A DNA stretch of 64,000 bases from Raillietiella orientalis (lineage: Eukaryota): NCBI GenBank assembly GCA_036172245.1, contig JAYWIR010000081.1:1-64000 (forward strand), given 5' to 3'. Every line of letters starts with the position of its first letter. The first letter of the stretch is position 1. The translations under genes and the position numbers were made by a program. Positions 11,601 to 22,654 of the stretch are shown here, piece after piece. The notes beneath the pieces were generated by a model. It had not been told where the DNA came from. It was given only the letters and a program-made list of their open reading frames with translations, and searched no databases.

Positions 11601-14600
11601 CAGTGTGGCCAAGGTTCTAGACTCGTCACTTGCTCCGTGGAAGAAACTTGACGCCCTTAACACGTTTGTGTTCCCAGTTTCCGTACATGCACTCAGGATG
11701 GGATCCAAACGAAAGATATTTTGGCCATCCATCGACATCATCATTAGAAAATCACTTAAAGAGGAGGTCCTCCCGCTTTGGCAGGACTCCTCTACAGAGT
11801 ACTTATAAGAAACAATCAGCAAGGGATCCCTTGGCATCATGCGACTCGCTGAGAAGGCTGACATAATGGCCACGGGCTTGGTCTTTAAACTCTTATCATG
11901 CCCCGATCACATGATTCGTGAACTGGCATGGGCCTCCTTACGTGAAACTATTCGTCGCAAAACTCGGCAAGATCATAATGCTGCCTGTCACTTCAACATG
12001 GTGACGGCTCCCCCTCTCAACCTGCCTTCCGGAGACCCGGAGGACTTCTAGTTTCGTGCCAGACAGGCTTCCAAACGACTCTCGCTACGATAGCTCATAT
12101 CGGACAACCAAGTCTCAATTGAGGTGGACGGTAAAACCTTGCGTGAGTCCGATAGGAAGATTGTTGCCAAATCGATCCCCGGAATCCGACGACTCGCCAG
12201 ATCCGAAAACCTGCGGGCCAAACCCGATCAAGGAAGAATCATCGACTGCGTGGCTTTGCACACATCCTCGATGTCCTACATGGGCAATAGCCATCTGATT
12301 CGCTTCTCCGACTGGAGTTTCTTGCAACGGGTTTGATCAGATTAAACCAACTCTTTCTGAATGGTAATCGAAAACGTCCCGGTTTCCATGAGGCATGCCG
12401 CCACTGCCTGCACCCCAAGGAAACGCTCGCCCATGTGCTGTGCCACTGCACAAGACACTTAGGGACTCGAGGCGTATGGCTGTCTCAGGAATGTCGAGCA
12501 CCGTGTTATGCCTGACTCGGATTCTGGGAAGGCATAACGCGGTGCTCGACATTCCTGGACAGCCATACGCCCGAAGCGGCGTGAACTAGCGATTGACCGT
12601 TGCGATCCTTAAATCAACAGTTCCCTCTGACCTGACATTGTGGCAAGTGACGATCGCTGCATGCTGCTCATCGATGTGACAGTCTCCATTGGAGAACAGA
12701 AAAACATCGATACACGAAGCCCGGGCTCGCAAAATTGCCAAATACCAAATCGTCAGAAGAGAGTGTAAGGCGCAAGGTCGGATGGTCAAGGTGGACGCTA
12801 TCGTAGTCGGGGCGCTAGAAAGCTGGCACAAGTACAACGACGCGGTCCTCAGCTGCCTGGAACTAAGCAACACCCAAATAAAAGAGATTCGCCCTAAAAT
12901 TGTGTGCTAATTGATCCGGACGGAAAGAGACATCTATTTTGACCATACCACGAGCTGACCATCGACGGACAACGGATCCACGGCCCATACTCCCTTATCA
13001 CCACAAGTCAAGTCGTCCTTGTACGGAGCAGCGTTCCGCAACCTCATGGACTTGTGACTGCAGTGAGTGCAGAGAGTAGTGAACGAGTAACCAGCGAACA
13101 AACAGTGCACCCAGCCTCTTACAGCTTAAAGCTCTAAGAGGGTGGATCCACATTTGTATGAGAAGAGTTGGCGATCGGCCCGTTCCGGGACGGCAGGTTT
13201 TACTCGCAGGAACGGGCCGCGGTGTGGGACGCTTTTGCGGCCCCCCTCCTTCGCCCCCTACTTTTTGTGTGCCCCATCCCCCCACAAATTAGCACACGGA
13301 CAAGGGGTCTCATACGAAAAGCCCTCTGGGGCAATCGGAGGCCCCACGTCCGAATTAAAGACGTGTGCGTTCCACGCAGGAACGGTGGTCTTGGTCTGCT
13401 GACGTTGGAGCGCATGGAGCAACAGCTTTAATTCAGAAAACTTGCCCTTGTGGCAAAGTTTTGGACAGCACACCAGGGTGCTCCCTTGAAACTCCTCGCC
13501 CACAGGGCAAACGGCTGCTACGGATTGACCTCAATCCTAGTAGCCAACGACCGCAGCCTGAACCATTGTGGGTTTCAGCTGCGGGATTCGGTTGCCCTGT
13601 TAAGAGACAATCCTTGGATCTCCAGCATTCCTGCGGACTGGACAACCTGGCTCCAAATGTCCGTTTCCGCATGGGCGAAAATAAACGGCTCTAGCGACGA
13701 GGAGTTCTCTTGCCTCCGTAGAGGCAGATACACTGGTCAGCCACTGCAGGAGATCGTCCGCAACCCACGAAAACTTTTGTGCGCTTCGTTCACCCCTCTT
13801 GCCTCCGTGCTGCCCACTCTTAGTGAAGTTCGGGACAGCCAGCAGGAGGCATCGTGGAAAGTGTCCTGCCTCATCGGAGGCAGGAAAAAACCTCTGAAGG
13901 CGTGGACGTCCCGGGAACTAGAGGACTCTAGTGCCCCGAGTGTACCGCCGAACGGACTTTTACGCTGGGGAGCGCTGCTCGACATATTTTTGGAGGGGGT
14001 GAAGTGGCCCCCAGCGTCTTGGGACAACGGCACCCTTCCCCTGCAATGGCAGAAGACAGCGTTGCTTTAGCTCCATTGGGGACTTTTAAGCAGAGTACGC
14101 CTATCTCACTGGACATCGGGGAGTGTGGATGCCAACTGCACAGAGTGCGAGGAACGGGAGACCTTCTGGAGTGTGTCGCCCTCCGGGATATGTGGGACCG
14201 ACTCTCATCGATCCTAAACATTTCGGTCGGCGATCCGAAGAACATATTTAGACGCCTCCTGATGCGGGACGCCTTGCCAGCCACCGGGTGTGTAGCAGTG
14301 CTGTTGCATACGCGGAATACTGGACAAGTGGACCGCGTCGGGGAGAGGAAGGAACAGTCGGAATGCCATTCACTGGGCAGCCATCTCTTTGTATAAGGCC
14401 TGCCGTGGGCGCCGACTTCGGAAACATTTGCCGGCACTTGTTCGCTTCCGAAACCGGATGCAGAGGCTTCCTCACGGCGTACCGTGATCGCCTTTCTTTC
14501 CCCTCCCCTCCCAGAAACATTGCCAGCCCCCACTAGTTTTTGTTTTTTTGGTTTTGTTTTTGTTTTTCCCGTCGCTGCGCCAGTGTGGAGAACCTAATAG

Positions 14601-14809
14601 GCTTGCGGGCCGGTAAGGACAAGTGCCACAAGACAGTCGCATCATGTGTGCCGACTGAAACAAATCAACGCATGAAAAAATTAATCGACAAAAAAAAAAA
14701 AAAGACCTTATTAGGAAATTTTTTTTTTTGTTATGTCAAAATTTTAGTAATAAAAGCCCCGGCTCACCCGGGTGAAAAACCTTTGTATGAGAAACGTGGA
14801 ATAATAAAA
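8644..14809 (+). mobile_element. 5'-truncated decayed Utopia/NeSL-like retrotransposon (copy B), interrupted in its 3' UTR by a LINE
   Basis: CPLPRCSW...LRRHLKMAH finger; TAPGADGIPY; EHNF; RGVKQGCPLSGLLF; LAYADE; LAPWKKLDAL; CRHCLHPKETLAHVLCHC; ARARKIAKY...IVVGALESW. 3' end is gaaacgtggaataataaaa at 14809. Confidence 0.9.
13165..14781 (+). mobile_element. 5'-truncated L1/Tx1-like LINE with 12-bp target-site duplication
   Basis: tttgtatgagaa at 13153-13164 and 14782-14793. Peptides ERAAVW..PLLFVCP and GGLGLL are homologous to 36001-37200 and 49340-51290. 3' end is aataaaagccccggctcacccgggtgaaaaac. Confidence 0.85.
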
Positions 14810-16747
14810 GTCGCCGCCACTGCGTTTGGACGTGTTTCCACGTCGCTCCGTGCGGTTAATTTGCAAAGTCGCTTTTTGTGCATAATTTGCATTTAAAAGT
14901 GTGATCTACCTTGCACATTTGCAAGAAGTGGTACTTTTTAGATGACGGACGTGTATCTACAAAACTCCCGCTCGTATCATTTGCAAACAGTGTGTATGAA
15001 GATTTTTCAGTGGTGACCCTTATCAACTTTACGTTTTGTGCATCCTCTGCCCACAGTGAACCTTTTCACCAACTTTGGTGCCAGTGTAGTGGAAATTGTG
15101 GTTCCTGTGGACAATTCCGTCTTCCGCCTACATGCCGCCATGGCTTTGACCAGAGAGAATGCTTACCGGGAAGCTAAGAGGGTTGCATCGACCTAATCGA
15201 TCGCTTGGGTCCTCGCCAGTTGTACTCATTCACATTGTGACTTTTGCAACCACTGTGGTTAGCTGGACTTGGCGAAGCGTCGCACGCCATCTTGGAAAGA
15301 TGCCGTTTCACTGTTCTCTAGCTATGGCAAAGAAATTGTGGATTTCCCATGCCACAGACTACCCAGTGCCATGTTCCTTGCCTGACTACATTTGCATCCA
15401 CTGCGACAGACATTGAAAATCGCGTGCGCAACTTCAAACACACATGAACCGCATTCATGGCGCTCATGTTTAGGTGGTGCATTTTCTCTGTTAGCTGCCA
15501 TAAGAGTGAGAACACTAAGCAGGTGCTGTACCACCATCGGTGTCTCAATCTTCCTGTGCCGCTCCCAGAAATGCTCATTGCACTTGAATACCGGTGCTCT
15601 AAGTGCAATGCATCCTTTGGTCGTCCCTCCCTTAGGAGAGCGCACTATAAGTGGAAGCACCTAAACATGGACCGTGCCCTAGGTGCGGCGAATGAAGCGC
15701 ATGAGGATTGCGGACAAGGCATCGAGTTTCCCAACTCCTGGGACGAAGGCGACTATCCGAACTCGTCCAGCAGCTCGACGTCCTTACAGAACCATAATTG
15801 GTTCAACTTGTTGCCTTCAAGTAACCACAGCACCACTCAGCAAGACAGAATGACCACTGCAGCCCGGGATACTGGTGCGTATGGAAACCAAGATGGGACG
15901 CCTCCCTTGTCGTCCTCTTTCTTGGACACCGAAATGCCTTCAACATCGACGGCGGCTAAACATCATGTCAGCCTGCTACATGCTCTGAGCGGGCTGCCTG
16001 TCTCGGTACCGATACGAGCTACAAAGGACCTCAATCATCAAAATCAGCCCAGAGCACTTGTGACCAGGCTCTCCAGTGCTGAGATTGACTAATTTACTCG
16101 TCCACATCAGTGCAACGTGCCTCCCAGAGCCCTGACTCCTGTTCAATGGTCCCACAATTTCGGGCACTCGACTCTGACATTTGCCTCTCCCTTGCAAACT
16201 AGAGCTGATCTTCTTGAGCAACTCTCCCCGAGGGATTCTACCACAATACTGGTATCGCCTTCTCCTCCATTTTCCCCTCCTGTGCATATCGCATATGTTC
16301 ATGCAGTCGAGCGAAAGAAGCCTAGGCGCAGACAACAGCGCTCGGTCATCCCACGACTACAACGTCAAATGCGGCTCTCCCAGGCGCGTAATACACAATT
16401 AATGTTGCGAGACTCAGATCGTTTAGTGAGCGTGCACCAACTAGATTACCACCGCATCCTCGCTCCTTAGCACACGAGAACCCGATCCCGGTCACACAGA
16501 AAGTGAATGAACCGCCTTTCCCTTCCCAGATACAGACTGCCTCCTTGTCCACTACATCCGGCACCTGCCGCACCTTCGTTCCTGACTGAGGATGATGTCC
16601 TCCTGGTCTACCTCTCGACCAGTACCAGCACGCCCTGCCCACTTCCACGATGCAGATGGAAGGCCACAACACAGCAAGCCAAGTCCACTCTAGGGTCGCT
16701 GCGCCGACACCTTAAGATGGCTCATTGGATTACGGTACTTGGTTCTA

Positions 16748-16955
16748 TTCCCCCAAATATTACTGCCCTCCCACGTTTGAAACTTTGTTTTGTTTTTTTT
16801 TATCCCCACCCCGCGCATCAGAAGGACCTCGCCGGAATAGCGCCGGCAAGCAGCAAGCTGTTTTGATGTGGTGGATTTTCGGGATCGCCACGCGACAATT
16901 CTATATATTTTTAGTTTGCATAAACAATTGCCCCGGCATATCAGGGTGTGAAGAC
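16748..16955 (+). mobile_element. Short 3'-end fragment of the L1/Tx1-like family inside copy C
   Basis: T-rich UTR followed by gccccggcatatcagggtgtgaa, matching the 3' ends near 14757-14780 and 46151-46176. Confidence 0.6.
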
Positions 16956-19783
16956 AGCAACGCTGTCCCTGCTCGCCCCGCAACGCCTCCCAGCTAGAGA
17001 TCTGCCTCGGGGAGCCAAAGGGAGGTTAGGAGAAGGTGGTCGGATCGCCTCAGGGAAACAGCCAGACTCCTTGAAGACATTGGCGCTCATCACCAGCTGT
17101 GGACAGATGGGGCCTCGCCATGCGTGCACTTGACTCTTCCTATAGCACAATCAGAGATGCTCTTGGACTGCGCCCCTTTGCTGTGCCCACGATACATGCG
17201 AGACCCTCGAGTGTCACCTCGATCCCTCCAAAGGTTGTACAATCAGAACCGCCGCCGAGCAATCCAGCTTATATTGGACGGTTTCCCGGTTAAGTGCCAT
17301 GTTGAGCGGCAAGGAACGCAGGCGTACTTCGTTCATCTCCTTGCGGCTACGCCCGGGTTTCAGCCATTGAGCTGGAGCTCTGAACTTTCTGTGAACTATG
17401 AGCCGATTGACATATCTCCCTTCGACCCGAGGGAGATTGCCAGCTGCTTGCGGTTATGTGAGGACACTGCTCCGGGAGCAGGCGGCATCCCTTACTCGGC
17501 TTTCCGCCGCCTTGACCCCGAGTGCCGCTTTCTCACTGCAATCTTCAACATTTGCCTCGCACACCGCCGGATCCCGCCGGAATGGAAAAACTCGCGCACG
17601 ACCCTCATTTTAAAATCGCAGGACGACCAGCTGGAGGACCTCTCCTAATTTCGCCCGATTGCGATCAGTCGCACCATCGGAAAGCTTTTTTTCAAAGGGA
17701 CTCGCACGCCGAATGCGGGAATGGATCTCAGACAACCGGGTATTGGGGCCACATCAAAAGGGTTTCCTTCCCTATGATGGTGTCCTCGAGCACAATTTCA
17801 TGCTGAGGCACCAGATGGACTACAGCAGGCGTTATCGTCGCACATTGTGCGTTGCATGGCTGGACTTGAAGGACGCCTTTGCCTCAATCTCGCAATCCCA
17901 GCTCTTCTCCTCCCTCCAATGTGCTAATGCTAGCGATAGCCTCATAGAGCTTATCTGCCAGATTGAATCTCAAAACAGCACCCAGATCGTCACCACCGAA
18001 GGCCTCACTGACCCCACTGCGGTCACCAGGGGCGTGAAGCAGGGATGCCCTCTGTCTGGCCTCCTGTTCAACATTGCCCTGGAACCGCTGTATGTGCATC
18101 AAGCAGAACATTCCAGGCGTCAATTTGTTGGCCTATGCTAATGATCTCGTTCTTTTGACGGAAGACCCGGCTACTCTGCAACGGGCGCTCGACTGTGCGA
18201 GTGGGATGGCTAGCCGTCTTGGGCTTAGCATCAACACGAAAAAGTGTGCCTCTCTCCACCTAGACCCCCGCTCCCCACGTGCTGCTGGCAAGCAACGATT
18301 TCGGGTTGCGGGTGAACCCATGCCTGCCCTCTCGGATGCCGGCATGTATAAATACTTAGGGCGACCGGTTGGCTTTGACGTCATCCACAGTGACTCCCTA
18401 GATGAGGAAATTTTAGCCAGCGTGACGATGGTGTTTGATGCTCCCCTTGTGCCATGGCAAAAAAACGATGCCATTAAAACTTTCATATTCTTATTCTTCG
18501 TCCACTCGTCACCAATTGGGTCCGAACCGAAAACTTTCTGCGCTGATCAAAAAAGCAATCAAGGAGGACATCCTCCCTCTCACACAAGCTTCCTCCACGA
18601 AAGAATTGTATAATTCCGTAGCCCAAGGAAGCTTGGAATTAGTCCTCCTAGCAGAGAAAGCCGACATAATGGCCATCGATTCTGCCTTCAAACTGCTATC
18701 CTGCTGGGACTCCATCATTCGAGAAATGGCTTGGGAGTTCCTTCGCGAGACAGTCCGAAGGAAAATCAAACAAGAGCCCTCACCGGACCTCATATCGCGA
18801 TACCTGAATGGCATCATTGCTGCACCCTTTGATCTGCCATCAGGTGATCACAAGGAGTACTGGTCGCGAGCTCGTGAGGCCTCGAAACGGCTCCAGCTCA
18901 AGTGAGTGGTTAATGCTGACCAAGAGACTTCTCTTTACAGCTTGCCACAAGAAGCTTGCGTGAATCTGATCGGAAGATCGTAGCCCGGTCAATCCGTGGC
19001 CGACGTTGACTTGGACGTTGTGAAGCTTTCGAAGCCAAGCCTCATCTATTCCGGATCATCGAATGTGTGGCTTTTCTCCCGGAATCTATGGTCTTTTTGG
19101 AGATCATGAGATCCTAGTGGCTGGCGCTTCATCCACCGTGCGCGCCTTAACCAATGCACCTAAATGGTAATAGAAAGCGCCCCGGCTTTCATGAGGCCTG
19201 CCGTCACTGCCCATATCCCAAGGAGACTCTGTCTCATGTCCTGCGTCACTGCACCAAGCACTTGGAGACCGCCATCATGGCACGACACAATCAGATCCTG
19301 GATCTAATCGATCCAGTCGTTCGTTCGAAGTGGCGCCACCTCGCCATCGAACGATCCGATCCGAGCATAAACAGCTCCCTTCGCCCCGACATCGTTACCA
19401 CTGACGGCAATCGCATGCTGATCGTGGACGTCACAATTCCATTCAAGAACCGAAGAGACGCCATAGATACAGCAAGAAGCCCAAAGTTGGACAAATATGG
19501 TGGCATCAGCAAGGAATACCAAGCTCAGGGCTCCCAGGTTAAAGTGGAGGTGATCGTTGTCGGGTCGCTGGAAAGCTGGCACCCGTACAACGACGCCGTT
19601 CTCAGCTGTTTCGGCCTGAGTGCACAGGAAATAAAGGCGAGTCGCCCCAGGATCATGTGCTCAGTGATCCGAGCTGCTCGAGATATCTACTTTATCCACA
19701 AAACCACTCGGCCCTCCAGCGACATCGAACCTGCTGCCCAGGAACTCACTCCGGCAGCGCATTCCTCGTGGTGTAGTGCGGCT

Positions 19784-20425
19784 CCAGCACTAGAATTAGT
19801 AGCTGAGGCATGCCGACACTCTGCAAGCAACGAGCCAGCCGGTGACTAATAAACGGCAATTACACAGAATGCCGCATTACGAGCTAATTTAAATTTGCTT
19901 GGGTACGCAACACTCGTGAACAGAAGAGCGGAAGCCAAAAACATCTTCCTCAATATCGGAATCGCGGCTAACCAGTTCCCTGAAGACGTCCCTGGGACTG
20001 CAATTAATTTTGCACTCATCGATGCAGTTTCCGAAGTGCTAAGGAACGCTAGCGGGTTCAAAATGTTCGAACTCGCAATGCCCAGCGTCCAAGCAGGAGG
20101 ATGCCGAGCTATGATGCTCCCATCGCGACCAGAGGGAAACTAGAATCCAACAGGAGTCGCATACACTAACAGCGACTTTGTTACCAGCTCTCTAAACCGC
20201 GAAAAAGCAGTGACGTTCGGAGTTGCAGCAGTACTGCTCCTCCAAATGTACAAGGAACCAAGACCCTTCGGGGTACAACCACACAATGCGTGGGCCGGTT
20301 TCAATTACACTGCTGCCATCCCAATTTCGCCCGCCCTAGTCAATTCCCGGAATGACCGGCGAGGAGCAGAAGGTGATCCACACCATATTCCTGCAAGATT
20401 TAGGACGAGCGTGTTTATTTGTGTC
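19784..20425 (+). pseudogene. Endogenous viral element: partitivirus-like (dsRNA virus) capsid C-terminal fragment
   Basis: One frame with stops at 19847-19852 and 20141-20143: PALELVAEACRHSAS..NLNLLGY..GIAANQFPE..INFALIDAVSEVL..FK..SLNREK..LQMYKEP..W..P..NSRNDRR. Resembles, from memory, capsids of arthropod partiti-like viruses. Confidence 0.6.
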
Positions 20426-20539
20426 CAAAAATTGTGAAAACCTGGATGTCACCCAGTGCGCTTCCCCTCTCTAGGGTTTTTATTGTTTAACCAAAAGCGT
20501 GGTAAATAAAACGTCGCCGCCGCCGCGTTCGGACTGGTC

Positions 20540-20901
20540 GGTTGGTCAAGGTGGACGCTATCGCAGTCGGGTCGCTGGGAAACTGGCACCCGAACAACGA
20601 TGCGGTCCTGAGCTGCCTGGGCCCGAGCAACACAGAAATAAAGGCGATCCTCCCTTGAATCGTGTGCTTAGTGATCCGGGCGGCAAGGGATATCTACTTA
20701 GACCACACCACCAGCCGACCATCGGCGGACACCGAACCGATGCTCTCGGCACCCTTGTCGCCTGCAGCTCATCCATCATGGTGCGGGGCTGCATTCAGAG
20801 ACCCCATCGAACTATAACCGAGTGATCAATGAACTGCGAATTCCAAGTGCATCCACCCTCGTTTGGCAACTATTGTAAAATAAGAAACGTGGAATAAATA
20901 A
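20540..20901 (+). mobile_element. 3'-terminal fragment of Utopia/NeSL-like retrotransposon (copy D) joined to 28S
   Basis: ggtcaaggtggacgctatcg...ctggcacccgaacaacga matches the RLE C-terminus of copies A and B. Ends gaaacgtggaataaataa directly before the 28S sequence. Confidence 0.85.
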
Positions 20902-21320
20902 AGTTACTCCCACCGTTTACTCGCACTTGGTTGAATCTCTTCACTTTGACATTCAGAGCAGTGAGCAGAAATCACATCGCGTCAACACCAACAACGGCCA
21001 TCGCGATGCTTTGTTTTAATTAGACGGATTCCCCTTGCCCGTGCCAGTTCAGAGTCGATCGCTGCATACCTGCCGAAACGCTCCGGGACCAAAGAGTCCG
21101 GTCGCGCGCAGGGCGACCACCAACCGGAACTTCAAGCGAGGCCGTTCCGGGGTTCGGAATCTCTAGCAAGAACGCGATGGTAGACCATCATCGCTACAGA
21201 AAAGGGCGCGCCATCAGAGTGCGCCGCGGGCCCAAGCGGAACCGCCGGCACGTACGCGCCCCAAACGAGCGGCGAAACGCCGATGTGCCGTTAGCCTGTT
21301 CTCTCGTGCCACCCTGCCAC
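20902..21320 (-). rRNA. Degenerate 28S rRNA fragment: half upstream of the insertion plus GC-rich expansion-segment-like sequence
   Basis: agttactcccaccgtttac..cttcactttgacattcagagca..gcagaaatcacatcgcgtcaacacc..tcgcgatgctttgttttaattagac is the reverse complement of conserved 28S. The right boundary is uncertain beyond about 21060. Confidence 0.9.
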
Positions 21321-21329
21321 AGCTGACGC

Positions 21330-21940
21330 TGAAGCATCGCCTCATGTTCCAACTTTCCTTTCCTCAATCAGGAGCATCTCCCATAACAATCGTGAAACCA
21401 CTCCACCAAACTCTTCAGCAACAAATACACCTAGACCTTCAAGTGGCACTGCTTTAAATGCCCCAGTCCATTCTACGATCGATAATTTCCTCCAAGAAAT
21501 TCACCCACCCTCAATGGATCAACCCTACTCCCTACTTCCCAACTTCTCTGAACAATTTCGTGTCCTAATTTTCCAACCTAAAAAGAAAGATGAAGAATAG
21601 AAATGCTGAAGTCCAAATTGATCTCCCTCCTCTTATGCTTATGTCGTTCTAATAGCGAATTCTCCCCTCGATCTTCAAAATGCCCTCAACCACTTTGCTT
21701 TGGCTACCAGCGTAGCCCGCTTCACCATCAACCCAAATATTGTGCCCCTTAGCATTTCGTTTCTTTTCCCGAATGGTCCTACATCGGGTTTGACCCTCTT
21801 ATCTATGACAGTGCATCGGTAAATTTGCCCTTAACTTTCAAATTATTCTGCAATCTCCTCAAGCGCTGTGGAAGAAGTTATATGCCATCAAAACGTTTTT
21901 CATTCCCTCCCTCGTACACGACCTTCGTTTAGGTAACAAG
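21330..21940 (+). mobile_element. Highly decayed non-LTR RT remnant
   Basis: LLAYVVLIANSPLDLQNALNHFALATSVARFTINPN resembles the YADDLVLL..LQ.AL...GL.IN segment of the RT. Confidence 0.4.
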
Positions 21941-21954
21941 CAATTATCGGCAAA

Positions 21955-22370
21955 TCTTCTCGCCAACCTACGTCTCAGAAAGCGGCAACTGGAACTCTTC
22001 GACACCAACAAAAAACCAGCAAACCAGAGAACCATATTCTGGTTTTACGACACATTTGGCAACGCAGGAAAAACTACGATGGTCAAATATCTATACCGCA
22101 AAAAAGGAACCATCTACATGCATTTCTGCCGAAAAGCTGGCGCAGCCCATATCTACAATGGGGAACACATCGTTGTCACGTGACACACACGTGTCTTCAC
22201 ACGTGACAACCAAGAACATGTACAATATGGCTTTGTAGAATCCCTCAAAAATGGGATATTCGACTCCAAATATCAAGGATCGATGAAGTACTTTGACGTT
22301 GGAAACACTCATATTTGCGAACTGGGAGCCCGACAACTCAAAAATGAGTGCTGACAGATGGTTTGCAAAA
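21955..22370 (+). pseudogene. rep: CRESS-DNA virus Rep SF3 helicase domain (nanovirus/alphasatellite-like), endogenised
   Basis: RTIFWFYDTFGNAGKTTMVKYL (Walker A); YNGEHIVV (degraded Walker B region, followed by a stop); QYGFVESLKNGIFDSKYQG; after a frameshift, FANWEPDNSKMSADRW (motif C region). Confidence 0.85.
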
Positions 22371-22654
22371 AATATTGGCAGACGTGCAGATTCCCAAGAT
22401 ACTATTCGGAAAATGAATGGGAAAGGATCCATTCTCCCACGGGTTTCAAGCCCTAGAACAGAGCAAGTCCATGACACGCCTAACTCCTCTTTGAGCACGC
22501 TTTCACCAACAAGCAGCGAAATCACTCAAAGATATTTTTTACTACTAGTATATTGCTAAATCTCTGTTCTGATTGAACTCCAAATAAAACATTTGGGTTA
22601 TTCTATATATAAGGTAGCCTTTTGTTAAAGTACCCTCCTTTGGAACCGGTTAAT

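Larger units (their letters stand above)
14810..20511 (+). mobile_element. Near full-length decayed Utopia/NeSL-like retrotransposon (copy C); start includes repeat X
   Basis: Fingers CSKCNASFGRPSLRRAHYKWKH and CPLPRCRW..RRHLKMAH; LQRLYNQNRRRAIQLIL; QKGFLPYDGVLEHNF; WLDLKDAF; GVKQGCPLSGLLFNIALEPL; YKYLG; RHNQ; RPDIV..DVTIPF; KLDKY. 3' end is gcgtggtaaataaaa. Confidence 0.9.

Noticed and set aside
14810..14900. HDV-like ribozyme, U2 snRNA or spliced-leader RNA in repeat X
   Set aside because: The tccacgt/tccgcgt motif resembles the HDV L3 loop, but I could not form P3 or P1 pairings. There is no U2 match and no clear Sm site. An Infernal search would settle it.
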